Shown here: in pieces, positions 18,582 through 28,364 of the stretch
How positions within the stretch are numbered: position 1 is the stretch's first letter
Layout: the number at the start of each line of letters is the position of its first letter
NCBI GenBank assembly: GCA_965214205.1
Contig: OZ243941.1
Span: 927,154 to 991,153 of the forward strand
Source: Candidatus Poriferihabitaceae bacterium
GTDB taxonomy: Bacteria > Pseudomonadota > Gammaproteobacteria > Arenicellales > Poriferihabitantaceae
Length of the DNA stretch: 64,000 nucleotides
Direction: 5' to 3'
Translations under genes and position numbers: made by a program
Notes under the pieces: generated by a model
Databases searched by the model: none
Seen by the model: the letters and a program-made list of their open reading frames with translations, nothing else
What the model was told of the DNA's origin: nothing

Positions 18582-19985
18582 ATGGCAACGCCGGACCAAC
18601 CCCTGCCTGGCTTTTATCTTTCCGCTGCCCGCAAGTCTTCCGGAAAAACGATTTTATCAATCGGTATTTGCGCCGCGCTTGCCGGGAATAACCGGACAGT
18701 CCAGCCGTTCAAGAAGGGACCGGACTACATTGATCCGCTATGGTTGAGCCAGGCCGCCGGGAAACCCTGCTACAACCTGGATTTCAATACGCAGAGTCCC
18801 GCGCAGATCATCAGGTTTTTTTCGCGGCAATCCCGCGGCTCGGATGGAGTGATCGTTGAAGGCAACAAGGGTCTGTATGACGGGGTTTCGGTGGATGGGC
18901 GTGACAGCAATGCCGCGCTGGCGAAATTGCTGGCGTTGCCGGTAATACTGACGCTGGACACTCAGGGAATCACCCGTGGGATTGCGCCGTTGCTGCTTGG
19001 ATACCAGCAGTTTGATCCGGATATCGACTTCAGGGGCGTTATTCTCAACCGGGTGGCCAGCTCCAGGCACGAACAAAAATTGAGGTCAAGCATTGAGGCG
19101 CATACCGATTTCACGGTAATCGGCGTGATTCCGAACGATGACCGCCTGCGAGTCCGGGAAAGGCATCTCGGGCTTACGCCCGGTAATGAGGTGGATCGGA
19201 TTGAGGTCAGGATTGAGGGGATCCGGGATGCCGTTGAGGCCGGTGTGGATCTGGGTCTCCTGCTGCCGGAGCCGCCTGTATCCAGACAGGCCGGATCCGG
19301 GAAGGCCGCCGAAAATACGGCGCCAGGGCGCAAGCCCACGGATGTACGCATCGGTGTACCGCAGGACGCCGCGTTCGGTTTTTACTATGCGGATGACCTT
19401 CAGGCATTTTCAGACCAGGGCGCGGAGATCGTCCGCTTCAGTACAATAGAGGATGATAGCATCCCGGAAGGGGTGGATGGATTGTTCATCGGTGGTGGGT
19501 TCCCGGAAGTTTATCTGGATGAACTGGGCGGTAACGCAGCCATGCGTCAATCCATACTCGACTTTATCAATGCCGGCGGGCCGGTCTATGCTGAATGCGG
19601 CGGGTTGATGTATCTGGGGAACTCGATACGATGGAATGGCAGGCAGACGGACATGGTCGGCGCCCTGCCTGTTCATGTGGTGATGGAGGAAAAACCGGTG
19701 GGTCGCGGCTATGTGGAATTGCAGGAAACCGGCGAGTCGATCTGGGACGGGCTGGCGGCCGTGGACGAGATCATCCATGCCCATGAATTTCACTATTCCA
19801 GGGTTGAATTTACCGGAGAAGTGGATCATTTCGCCTTCGAGGTCAAACGCGGATGGGGACTGGACGGGAAGCATGACGGCATGGTCCATAAAAACGTTCT
19901 GGCCGGTTATTCCCATCTGCGGTCGGCGGGGGCGGTGGATTGGGTATCGAGGTTTGTTGATTTTGTGAGGCAACACAAATCCTGA
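18582..19985 (+). CDS. dsrN: DsrN siroheme amidase (cobyrinate a,c-diamide synthase family)
   Basis: KSSGKT, FKKGPDYID, EGNKGLYDG, AECGGLMYL, HEFHYS. Confidence 0.92.
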   Translation: MATPDQPLPGFYLSAARKSSGKTILSIGICAALAGNNRTVQPFKKGPDYIDPLWLSQAAGKPCYNLDFNTQSPAQIIRFFSRQSRGSDGVIVEGNKGLYDGVSVDGRDSNAALAKLLALPVILTLDTQGITRGIAPLLLGYQQFDPDIDFRGVILNRVASSRHEQKLRSSIEAHTDFTVIGVIPNDDRLRVRERHLGLTPGNEVDRIEVRIEGIRDAVEAGVDLGLLLPEPPVSRQAGSGKAAENTAPGRKPTDVRIGVPQDAAFGFYYADDLQAFSDQGAEIVRFSTIEDDSIPEGVDGLFIGGGFPEVYLDELGGNAAMRQSILDFINAGGPVYAECGGLMYLGNSIRWNGRQTDMVGALPVHVVMEEKPVGRGYVELQETGESIWDGLAAVDEIIHAHEFHYSRVEFTGEVDHFAFEVKRGWGLDGKHDGMVHKNVLAGYSHLRSAGAVDWVSRFVDFVRQHKS

Positions 19986-20071
19986 CGCAGTCGTTATCAG
20001 TCATCAAATCAAAGTATAATTCCCTTGAACATGGGGATCAGTGAACACGGGGACAAGACCTACCAGTAATC

Positions 20072-20728
20072 ATGCGTATCGATCAGGAAAAAACCATTCA
20101 ACAGTCCCGTATTCTGGAAAGGACCTGGCTGGCCCACGAACTGCACGATTCCCTGGCGCAGACACTGGCCAGTGTCCGTTATTACATTCGTAATCTCGAT
20201 CACGCCATCCAGGGCGGAGATGAGTGTGAAATTTACGAGCTGTTGGAAATCGTGGAAGATAACGTGGAGATCGCAAATACCGAGTTGCGCGCGTTGATCA
20301 GCCGCTTTCGGGCGCCGATGGAAGAAGACAGCCTGATCCCGGCCATCGAAAACATCATTCGAAAATTCCGCGGTGAGACCGGGTTGAACGCGGTTTTCCA
20401 GAACCGGCTGGCGGGGGATATTGAATTTCCGTCCGCCGTGGTGTTCCAGGTGGTCCGGATTGCCCAGGAAGCGGTAGCGAATATTCGCAAACACGCCAAA
20501 GCCGACCTGATTCGCGTAATGCTGTATATCGAGTCGGAACGCTGCCACCTTCTGGTTGAAGATGACGGGATCGGTTTTGATCCGGCCTTGCCGCCGGACG
20601 GCGAAAATGAACACTTTGGATTGAAGGTCATGCGAGAGCGGGCTGCCCGAATTGATGGTGAACTGGACATCGACAGCGTCCCCGGCGAAGGCGCCCGAAT
20701 TCGTCTAACCTTCCCGAAACAGGAATAA
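20072..20728 (+). CDS. NarX/NarQ-type (HisKA_3) histidine kinase with no sensor domain
   Basis: H-box ERTWLAHELHDSLAQ within the first ~30 aa; QEAVANIRKHA, EDDGIGF, HFGLKVMRERA; an in-frame stop at 20042 excludes a longer N-terminus. Confidence 0.88.
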   Translation: MRIDQEKTIQQSRILERTWLAHELHDSLAQTLASVRYYIRNLDHAIQGGDECEIYELLEIVEDNVEIANTELRALISRFRAPMEEDSLIPAIENIIRKFRGETGLNAVFQNRLAGDIEFPSAVVFQVVRIAQEAVANIRKHAKADLIRVMLYIESERCHLLVEDDGIGFDPALPPDGENEHFGLKVMRERAARIDGELDIDSVPGEGARIRLTFPKQE

Positions 20729-20733
20729 TCCGG

Positions 20734-21375
20734 ATGAAACTGCTTGTAATTGATGACCACACGTTGTTCCGGGCAGGATTGAAAAGTCTGCTGGAGAGAA
20801 GAAAGATAGATGTGGTTGAGGCCGGGGACGGGAAGAGCGGGATGGAATTGTTGGCCGACGAAGAGTTTGAAATCATTTTGCTGGATTTGAGAATGCCGGA
20901 TATGAGCGGGCTTGAAGTGCTGCAGTGGCTGCGGCAGTCCCGCATTCAGACCCCGGTCGTCATGTTGTCGACCTCCAGCGAGGAAAAAGACCTGGTTGAA
21001 TCCCTGCGGCTGGGCGCCCAGGGTTATCTGCTGAAGGACATGGACCCGGATGATCTGGTCAAATCGCTAAAAAATGTACTGGCCGGTGAAACCGTTGTCG
21101 CTCCTGACCTGACCGGGGTACTGGCCAGCGCTGTCCAGAAAAAGGTAACCACCGACCCTTCATCCGCCTCGCGGTCGGTGCGCGATGTATTGACCGCGAG
21201 AGAGATGGATGTGCTGCGGGATATCACGAAAGGCTGGAGTAATAAAATCATTGCCAGAGACCTCGGTATTACCGACGGTACGGTCAAGCTGCACGTCAAA
21301 TCCATTCTCAGAAAACTCAATGTCCATTCCAGGGTGGAAGCCGCCGTGATTGCAGTGGAAGAGGGGCTGGGTTGA
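20734..21375 (+). CDS. NarL/FixJ-family response regulator (REC plus LuxR HTH)
   Basis: IDDH, LLDLRMP, GYLLKD, LTAREMDVL...SNKIIARDL..TVKLHVKSILRKL. Confidence 0.93.
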   Translation: MKLLVIDDHTLFRAGLKSLLERRKIDVVEAGDGKSGMELLADEEFEIILLDLRMPDMSGLEVLQWLRQSRIQTPVVMLSTSSEEKDLVESLRLGAQGYLLKDMDPDDLVKSLKNVLAGETVVAPDLTGVLASAVQKKVTTDPSSASRSVRDVLTAREMDVLRDITKGWSNKIIARDLGITDGTVKLHVKSILRKLNVHSRVEAAVIAVEEGLG

Positions 21376-21418
21376 GCGCAATCGCGCGTTACGCGGCGCT
21401 TCACAGGCATTGAGCTTC

Positions 21419-22030
21419 ATGTCATCCGGGTCTATCAAGCGTTATCTGGCTCAGTTTGAAGGCCAGGAAGACCTGACTCTGGTTGGGCCGTTTTGTGATC
21501 CATCGACGACTTTGGGGGAACCGGTGATATTTATCGATGGTGGCGCCCGTTGCCGGAAACCCGGCCAGGGTATTGCGGTCGGTGACGGGGATTCTTTCGA
21601 TGGCGAACTGGATGTAATGTTGAATCGGGATAAGGATTTCTCGGATCTGGCTTTTGCCCTGACCCATATCCCGCAAGGATTTTCAGAGATTCATCTGTTT
21701 GGGTTCCTGGGGGGGAGGCGGGATCATGAAATATTCAATTTTGGTGAAGCGCATCAGTTTCTGACCACAGCGGCGCCAGCGCGGGTGTGGTTTGATGACC
21801 GGGTACTGGCCTGTTCCGCTGGATGCTGGAGCTTTTGCCGTCATGGCGGATTCAGTCTCGGCGCGCTGGAAGAAAGCCGGATCAAGGTCGAGGGCGACTG
21901 TCTGTATTCATGTCCCGAACCAACCCTGTTCAAACCGTTGACTTCTCTGGGTTTGAGTAATATCGGAAGTGGTACAATACGACTGGAATGCTCCCGCCCG
22001 GTTTTTGTTTTTTTTGAGGAACTGGATTAG
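21419..22030 (+). CDS. thiN: Thiamine diphosphokinase-like protein
   Basis: DGGA, GDGDS, KDFSDLAFAL, GGRRDH and SLGLSN match TPK catalytic motifs. Confidence 0.7.
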   Translation: MSSGSIKRYLAQFEGQEDLTLVGPFCDPSTTLGEPVIFIDGGARCRKPGQGIAVGDGDSFDGELDVMLNRDKDFSDLAFALTHIPQGFSEIHLFGFLGGRRDHEIFNFGEAHQFLTTAAPARVWFDDRVLACSAGCWSFCRHGGFSLGALEESRIKVEGDCLYSCPEPTLFKPLTSLGLSNIGSGTIRLECSRPVFVFFEELD

Positions 22031-22069
22031 TCGACACGCTGCCCGCACTGCTTCGCGCTGATTATTGCC

Positions 22070-22939
22070 ATGACCGACCTGTTTGATTTTCAACCGAAGC
22101 CCTCCGCTTTTGCGGTGATGGGGAACCCGGTTGCGCATAGTCAGTCACCGCAGATACACAGTCTGTTCGCCCGGCAACTCGGAATATCACTCAGCTATGA
22201 CCGAATCCAGGTGGATACCGGTGGTTTTGAGCAGGCAGTGAGTCACTTTTGCGCCCACGGTGGCGCCGGACTCAACATTACTGTGCCGTACAAGGTGGAA
22301 GCCTGGAGACTGTGCGGTCAGGGCAGGCACAGCCTGTCACAAAGAGCGCACCTGGCGCGCGCCGTGAATACCCTGATTATGGAGAAGTCGGGGAAAATCC
22401 ATGGCGACAATACCGATGGAGCCGGGCTGGTGAGGGATATCCAGAATAATCTCAGCTTCCCTCTGGACAGTAAAAATCTGCTGGTCATCGGCGCTGGCGG
22501 GGCGGTGCGCGGCGTTCTCGGCCCACTGCTTGAATGCCATCCCGCATCCATCACAGTGGTCAATCGCACCTTTGCCAAAGCCGATGCTCTGGTAGAGGCG
22601 TTTTGTGGGACTGTGGACAGCCGCCGTACTGCACTTAAGAGTCGTCGCCTTGAGGATTGTGACTCCTCGCGCTATGACCTGATTATCAATGGCACCGCAG
22701 CCAGCCTTTGCGGGGCGTTGCCGGGAATCAACGGGGGCTGCATTGATTCCGGTACGATCATTTACGATATGGCGTATTCCACGGAGCCGACGGTCTTCAT
22801 GAAATGGGCGTTATCCAGAGGCGCCGCCCAGGCTCACGATGGCCTGGGGATGCTGGTCGAACAGGCTGCCGAATCATTTTACCTATGGCATCGCAAGTCC
22901 CCGGACACGGCAGCGGTCATTCCCGCCATCCGGGAATAG
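22070..22939 (+). CDS. aroE: Shikimate dehydrogenase
   Basis: HSQSPQIH, GLNITVPYK, AVNT, GDNTDG, GAGGA, NRT, DGLGMLVEQAA. Confidence 0.95.
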   Translation: MTDLFDFQPKPSAFAVMGNPVAHSQSPQIHSLFARQLGISLSYDRIQVDTGGFEQAVSHFCAHGGAGLNITVPYKVEAWRLCGQGRHSLSQRAHLARAVNTLIMEKSGKIHGDNTDGAGLVRDIQNNLSFPLDSKNLLVIGAGGAVRGVLGPLLECHPASITVVNRTFAKADALVEAFCGTVDSRRTALKSRRLEDCDSSRYDLIINGTAASLCGALPGINGGCIDSGTIIYDMAYSTEPTVFMKWALSRGAAQAHDGLGMLVEQAAESFYLWHRKSPDTAAVIPAIRE

Positions 22940-22988
22940 CTGTTAAGTTGACAAAAAGCGGCGAACCCAGCGCGTCCACAGACTGTAT

Positions 22989-23483
22989 CTAGTTTGTATC
23001 GACAGCCCCGGCGGCGGCGGCCGAATTCTGGTCAATGATCTGGCCGGTCAATGTAATCGTTCTCGGCATACCCCGAATCTGGTCCGTTGGTGTCACCCAG
23101 CCGTCGACTGCATACAGTCCGTTGACCTCCTGGTCGTAGAGCTTGAGCTTGAACACTTCCGCGTTTTCTTCACCGGCTGCGGCAATCGTGTTCACATAGA
23201 CTGTCTGCTCCTTGACCCCCGAGTTGAAGGTCACGGCGCCGGTGGTATTATCGTAATCCTGACCCTGGATGGCTGAGCCGTCTTCCGTTTTGTATTTGTA
23301 GCGCACCGCCCAGCCGTTCGGCGCTATCCCAAGCGTGACAGTGAACTTCATCTGGTCGCCCTCGACTGTAGTGGTATCAACAGCATAAACCACTGGAGAG
23401 ACAAAGCCTGCCGCCACGACGCCTGTTACCAGCATGATAACTGCACAAAATCTCATTACCTTCATCAGATATTTCTGTTTCAT
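22989..23483 (-). CDS. Secreted Calx-beta-like domain protein (paralog A)
   Basis: Signal peptide ending VYA; EG...F.VTL, YKTEDGSA..G.DY..TTG.VTFNSG...EENAEVFKLKL pattern of Calx-beta domains. Confidence 0.72.
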   Translation of the reverse strand: MKQKYLMKVMRFCAVIMLVTGVVAAGFVSPVVYAVDTTTVEGDQMKFTVTLGIAPNGWAVRYKYKTEDGSAIQGQDYDNTTGAVTFNSGVKEQTVYVNTIAAAGEENAEVFKLKLYDQEVNGLYAVDGWVTPTDQIRGMPRTITLTGQIIDQNSAAAAGAVDTN

Positions 23484-24000
23484 TGTTAGAGCCTCTCGAG
23501 TTGTGTGTAAGTCCAAATGAATCATTTGTCGATATCATTCGACATTTTACACAGGATAAAACAAAAAGAAACGCAAAATTAACAGGCGCGGAAAATTCAA
23601 GTTTCAATTGCCGGGTGTTCGGCTATACTGGTGAAGCTCGTCGTATTCGCCATCTGTAATAAATCGACAGCCGATTTTTGTCAATTCGCCAGGGAGGTGG
23701 TACTATCAACAAACAATCCATTAACCCACAAATAGTGTCACGAGGATTTGAACCAATGAAACAGAGAATATTCGATGGTGCGGTAATGAGGCTTGCAGTT
23801 GTCATGCTGGTGGCAGGGTTCGTCTCTCCAGTGGTTTATGCTGTTGATACCGCCGTAACCGAGGGTGGCCAGATGGTGTTTACCGTCAAGCTCGGAGTGG
23901 CGCCGAACGGCTGGGCGGTGCGCTACAAATACAAAACAAAAGACGGCTCAGCCATCCAGGGTCGGGATTACGATAATACCACCGGCGCCGTGACCTTCAA
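23224..24000. repeat. Inverted duplication formed by the two Calx-beta genes
   Basis: Perfect reverse-complement blocks: 23287-23324 vs 23900-23937 (38 nt) and 23224-23259 vs 23965-24000 (36 nt), plus shorter blocks. Confidence 0.9.
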
Positions 24001-24247
24001 TTCGGGAGTCAAGGAGAAGAAGATCTATGTGGACACGATTGACGACAGCGTTGAAGAAAACTCGGAAGTGTTCAAGCTCAGGCTCTACGACCAGGAGGCC
24101 AACGGACTGTATAACGTCACCGGGTGGGTGACACCAACGGACCAGATTCGGGGTATGCCGAGAAAGATGACATTGAAGGGCCAGATTATGGACAACGATC
24201 AAACGGTTAAGATGGGATGCGGGAACGCGGGTCAGTACTGCCAGTGA
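23756..24247 (+). CDS. Secreted Calx-beta-like domain protein (paralog B)
   Basis: Signal peptide; TKDGSAIQGRDY, VTFNSG, IDDSVEENSEVFKLRL, GQIMDND; near-identical to paralog A. Confidence 0.78.
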   Translation: MKQRIFDGAVMRLAVVMLVAGFVSPVVYAVDTAVTEGGQMVFTVKLGVAPNGWAVRYKYKTKDGSAIQGRDYDNTTGAVTFNSGVKEKKIYVDTIDDSVEENSEVFKLRLYDQEANGLYNVTGWVTPTDQIRGMPRKMTLKGQIMDNDQTVKMGCGNAGQYCQ

Positions 24248-24339
24248 CCGGGGGCCGGACGGAAAGGAAAGAAAGGTCGATACCACACGATTGTCGTATA
24301 GAATAGAGGGTTACTCTTTATTCATGTAATATCCGGTTT

Positions 24340-25755
24340 ATGAGAATACTGGCTGCTTGCCTCCTGTTCGCGACTCTGTCGCTGAGTCCAGTGTGGGCGG
24401 AGCAATCAGAGTCAGCTTCCTCGACAATGCCAGACGAACTGGATTTAACATTGAACGAGGCAATTCAGCTCGCTCTGGAGCGTAACCGCAGCTTGCTTAA
24501 CCAGCGTTTGAACCGGGAGACGCAGCGATTTTCCCTGGATGTCGCGCGCGACCGCTACCGCCCGCAGTTTACGATTCGGTCGAGTGGCAGTCACAATCGG
24601 GATGATGATACCGCGCAGGCAGGATTTGGGGCCAGTTTACGTATCCCCACCGGCGGTACATTGGGCTTACAGGCCAGCGAATCCATTTCCGGAGATGAGG
24701 TTGGCGAACAGGCGCCCACCCTTCGCTTTTCCCAACCGTTGTTAAAAGGCGCTGGCGTAGCGGTTGACCGAGCGCAACTCAAACAGGCTCACCTGTCCGA
24801 GAAATCGAACATTCTCGCCTTTCGTAAAGCGGTCAGTGAATTGGTGGTCTCGACTATCAGCGCCTACCGGCTACTCAGTCAGGCATCCAGGCAAGTGGAG
24901 ATTTCCGAGGCTTCTGCACAACGAGCCAGGCAGCAGCTGAAAGTGACTCACACTCTGATTCAGGCAGGTCAGATAGCAAGTCGGGAAGCAAACCGTTCTG
25001 AAGCAACCATCGCCAACCGGGAACTGGCGCTGTTGCAATCCCGCAACAGTTTTGATTCCGCTAATTTCAATCTAATCAACCTGCTGGATATGGATAGTTC
25101 TACACGAATTCGTCCACGGGAGAATCTGGGAGTCGAGTCAGTCCGGCAGCTGGACGGTGGTGGGCTGGACACTCAGGAGAGCATAGAGATTGCACTGGCC
25201 AATAGCCCGGACTATCGCATAGCAACGCTGGCTGTGGAATCCGCCGAGATTTCCCTGACAGTCGCGCAAAACAACCGATTGCCGGACCTGTCCTTCGATA
25301 TTGAGGTGAAACGCGACAGAGGACTGAGCAGAACCGGCCATCAAGCCAGTCTGAACCTGACCGTGCCCTTGAATGATCGATCACCACAACTGCAAATTCT
25401 GCAAGCTGTAAACAGCTTGACAATGGCGCGGCGGAATCTGGAAGAATTACGTGAATCAATCGGTGTATCTGTGCTTCAGGCCATGAATGATGTCGAGGTG
25501 GGATTTCGCGTGGTGGAACTCGCCAGTGAAGCGCGTAAGCTGGCTGAGGAAAACCTGATAATCGAGCAGAACAAGTTCAGCCAGGGATTGTCCTCGACTT
25601 TTGAGGTCTCTGCCTCGGAGGTCGATCTGGTGGCTGCACAGAACTCTGAGACGGATGCCATCATCGGGTATCTCAACGCACGAATGAGGCTGGATCAGGT
25701 GATGGGAGTGACGCTGGATTCCTGGGGTATTGAGGTAGAGGCAGCTCCCGAATAA
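24340..25755 (+). CDS. TolC-family outer membrane channel
   Basis: Signal peptide, LTLNEAIQLALERN, two OEP-like repeats, LPDLSF; first gene of an adaptor/ABC cluster. Confidence 0.87.
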   Translation: MRILAACLLFATLSLSPVWAEQSESASSTMPDELDLTLNEAIQLALERNRSLLNQRLNRETQRFSLDVARDRYRPQFTIRSSGSHNRDDDTAQAGFGASLRIPTGGTLGLQASESISGDEVGEQAPTLRFSQPLLKGAGVAVDRAQLKQAHLSEKSNILAFRKAVSELVVSTISAYRLLSQASRQVEISEASAQRARQQLKVTHTLIQAGQIASREANRSEATIANRELALLQSRNSFDSANFNLINLLDMDSSTRIRPRENLGVESVRQLDGGGLDTQESIEIALANSPDYRIATLAVESAEISLTVAQNNRLPDLSFDIEVKRDRGLSRTGHQASLNLTVPLNDRSPQLQILQAVNSLTMARRNLEELRESIGVSVLQAMNDVEVGFRVVELASEARKLAEENLIIEQNKFSQGLSSTFEVSASEVDLVAAQNSETDAIIGYLNARMRLDQVMGVTLDSWGIEVEAAPE

Positions 25756-27581
25756 TGCAACGAGACCTCGCCATTTATCGGGACATCCTCGAGAACCTGC
25801 TGGACGGAGTCATGGTGATTGATTTTGCCGGCTCGGTCGAACTCGCCAATCAGGCGGCCTGCCAAATCTTTGATATTGAGCGCGATACAGTAGTCGGGCA
25901 GTCTTTCGCAAACGCTTTCATCCTGTACGAGGGTTTTGACGAGTTCACCCAGATTGTTCTGGATGCGGCGATGCAGCGTACTTCGGTAGCTCGGCGCGTT
26001 GGTGAAATACGAATCCGCGGCGAGATTCGCGCCATCACCATTACCACTTCCTGCCTGTCAGCCATGCGCGATGGACAGATGCAACCGATTGCGATAATCG
26101 CTGTTTTCACCGACATCACAGAGCTTCGAGAGCTTCGCGAGGCGGAGTTGCGGCTGCATAAGGAAAATGAAGCGCAACATCGGGAACTCCAGAAGGCTTA
26201 CCATGAGGTCGAGTCTACCAATGCCGTGTTGTCACAAATGATGAAGAAGGTGAGAGCTGCGCGTGGTCTGTCAATTGTTGTCGTTGCCGGCCTGTTCCTG
26301 ACAGTTGCCGGTTACTACCTGCAACCCCTGGACCGGTTCGGTCTGCGCCCGTTCGATATGCTGGTGCGTGCGGTTGAATCGGCGGTTTCAAAACAGCCGC
26401 CGGATGACCCGGTGGAGTCTGTTCCGGTATCGAACCTGCAAACGATAGTGGTTACGCAAGAGCCGCTTCAATCGACTCTGTCGTTACGTGGTCATCTGGC
26501 TCCGGGACACATCGTGAGCGTAATCAGTCCGATCGACAGTCACATCAAGAGTCTGTTTGCAAGAAATGGCCAACCGGTGAAAAAAGGTGATCTGTTGATG
26601 GAACTGGATACTGAAAAAATCCAGATCGAATATCGCCGGGCCGAAGTGGAATACATCAGGAAGCTGGAACACTTGAGAACGCTGGAAGACTGGGAGAACA
26701 GTACGGAAATGGCAGATGCCAAAAGAAGATTCCGGCGTGCAAAATTGTCTCTGGCTGACTCGGAAAAACAGCTTGAGCGCAGTAAATTCCTGCTCTCACA
26801 GGGAATCATTCCGTCTTCCCAGCAGGAACAGTCGCAAAGGAATTATGAGAGTCAGTTGCTGGATTTTGAGGCGGTTGCCCAGGAGATGGACGCTGTCAAG
26901 AATAAAGCCGATGCCGATGAACGACGGGTTGCCTCACTGGAGGTCAAGAACTCGCTGAGTCAACTGAAGGAACTGGAGGTGAAGTTGGCCCTGGGCACTG
27001 TTGAGGCGCCGATTGCAGGAATCATTCAGGAGATACAGGGTGGGCCGGATCAGAAAGCATTGAGTGCAGGCCGCTCATTGACGCAGGGAGAACAGTTGCT
27101 GAATATCGCGAACTTTGAACAAATCGCGGTTTCCACAACCGTTGACGAGATCGATGTCGGCAAAATCAAGGCCGGACAACCGGCATGGATTACCGGCCCT
27201 GGTTTCCCGGGCTTGCGGCTCGAAGGTCAGGTTACAGAGGTTGCGTCCCGAGCACGTGGCAGCAACCAGTGGGGGGGTGGAGGATTACCCCGGTTCGAGA
27301 TCAGCGTTGCTCTGGATGGGTTGTCGGCGGCTCATCGGGATATATTGCGTGCTGGTATGTCTGCTCATGTCACCATTGTCACCTACAATCAGCCGGATGC
27401 GCTTCTGATTCCGATTGCTGCAGTAGAGCAGCAATACGACGGCACGTGGGTGCAGGTCCTCAACAAGGAAACCGGGAGCGTTGAGAGACGCGCAGTTGAG
27501 CTCGGCATGACTACTCTGGATTCGGTTGAAGTAGTGCAGGGAATCCAGCTTGGCGAAGAAGTAGTCCTGTCGGGAATATAG
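25755..27581 (+). CDS. Periplasmic adaptor (MacA/HlyD-like) fused to an N-terminal PAS domain
   Basis: N-terminal PAS (ILENLLDGVMVID..G.VELANQAA...FTDITE), coiled coil, one TM helix, then lipoyl halves (GQPVKKGDLL, VEAPIAGII), VDEIDVGKIKAGQ, LRAGMSA and VELG. Confidence 0.85.
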   Translation: MQRDLAIYRDILENLLDGVMVIDFAGSVELANQAACQIFDIERDTVVGQSFANAFILYEGFDEFTQIVLDAAMQRTSVARRVGEIRIRGEIRAITITTSCLSAMRDGQMQPIAIIAVFTDITELRELREAELRLHKENEAQHRELQKAYHEVESTNAVLSQMMKKVRAARGLSIVVVAGLFLTVAGYYLQPLDRFGLRPFDMLVRAVESAVSKQPPDDPVESVPVSNLQTIVVTQEPLQSTLSLRGHLAPGHIVSVISPIDSHIKSLFARNGQPVKKGDLLMELDTEKIQIEYRRAEVEYIRKLEHLRTLEDWENSTEMADAKRRFRRAKLSLADSEKQLERSKFLLSQGIIPSSQQEQSQRNYESQLLDFEAVAQEMDAVKNKADADERRVASLEVKNSLSQLKELEVKLALGTVEAPIAGIIQEIQGGPDQKALSAGRSLTQGEQLLNIANFEQIAVSTTVDEIDVGKIKAGQPAWITGPGFPGLRLEGQVTEVASRARGSNQWGGGGLPRFEISVALDGLSAAHRDILRAGMSAHVTIVTYNQPDALLIPIAAVEQQYDGTWVQVLNKETGSVERRAVELGMTTLDSVEVVQGIQLGEEVVLSGI

Positions 27582-27617
27582 GCAGATTATGCGGTTGTAT
27601 GGGCCACTGAACGGCTG

Positions 27618-28355
27618 ATGAATCCGAAGCGGAACCAACGCTCGCGTTTGCCTGACGGGTTGCAGCTGGTGGATGTCTGTAAATCCTGGCAGATGGGTTC
27701 GATTACCACGACTGTGTTGCACAGTGTCAATCTGGAAGTCAGCCGGGGTGACCTGATTTCAATTATGGGGCCGTCGGGCAGTGGCAAGACCACGCTGATG
27801 AATATTATCGGGTTGCTGGACAGACCGACTTCAGGCGCCTGCGTTTTTAATGGCGAGGACTCAACGCGGCTGAACGATACACAGCTTTCCGTATTACGGG
27901 GGCGGCATGTTGGGTTTGTTTTCCAGTCCTTTAACCTGCTTGGGCAAATGACCGCGCTGGATAATGTTGCCTTACCGCTGGTTTATCAGGGCGTGAGTCG
28001 GGCACAGATGAGAAAACGTGCCTTGGCAGCGCTTGACAAAGTCAGCATGTCGGAGCGGGTAAATCACCGTCCAGACCAGCTATCCGGTGGCCAGAAGCAG
28101 CGGGTTGCTATCGCCCGGGCATTGATTGTCGAGCCGACTCTGTTATTGGCTGACGAACCCACCGGCGCTCTGGACTCGGATACCGCGCAGGATGTGATGA
28201 CATTGCTCAAGCAGATGAATGCTGAACAAGGGGTGACTATCCTGATCATAACACACGACCCCGGCGTAGCCCGGCAGTGTTCGCGCCGATTGCAACTCGA
28301 CAAGGGTCAGTTGATCGAGATGCAGAGTACTTTTCCTGCCAGCGCTGCGGCGTAA
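27618..28355 (+). CDS. MacB/LolD-type ABC ATP-binding protein
   Basis: GPSGSGKTT, GFVFQSFNL, LSGGQKQRVAIARAL, LADEPTGALD. Confidence 0.92.
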   Translation: MNPKRNQRSRLPDGLQLVDVCKSWQMGSITTTVLHSVNLEVSRGDLISIMGPSGSGKTTLMNIIGLLDRPTSGACVFNGEDSTRLNDTQLSVLRGRHVGFVFQSFNLLGQMTALDNVALPLVYQGVSRAQMRKRALAALDKVSMSERVNHRPDQLSGGQKQRVAIARALIVEPTLLLADEPTGALDSDTAQDVMTLLKQMNAEQGVTILIITHDPGVARQCSRRLQLDKGQLIEMQSTFPASAAA

Positions 28356-28364
28356 CCGACTGAT

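Noticed and set aside
20031-20069. 12-codon ORF upstream of the kinase as evidence of a frameshifted sensor domain
   Set aside because: Only 86 nt separate dsrN from the kinase, too little for a sensor domain, and the peptide has no recognisable features.
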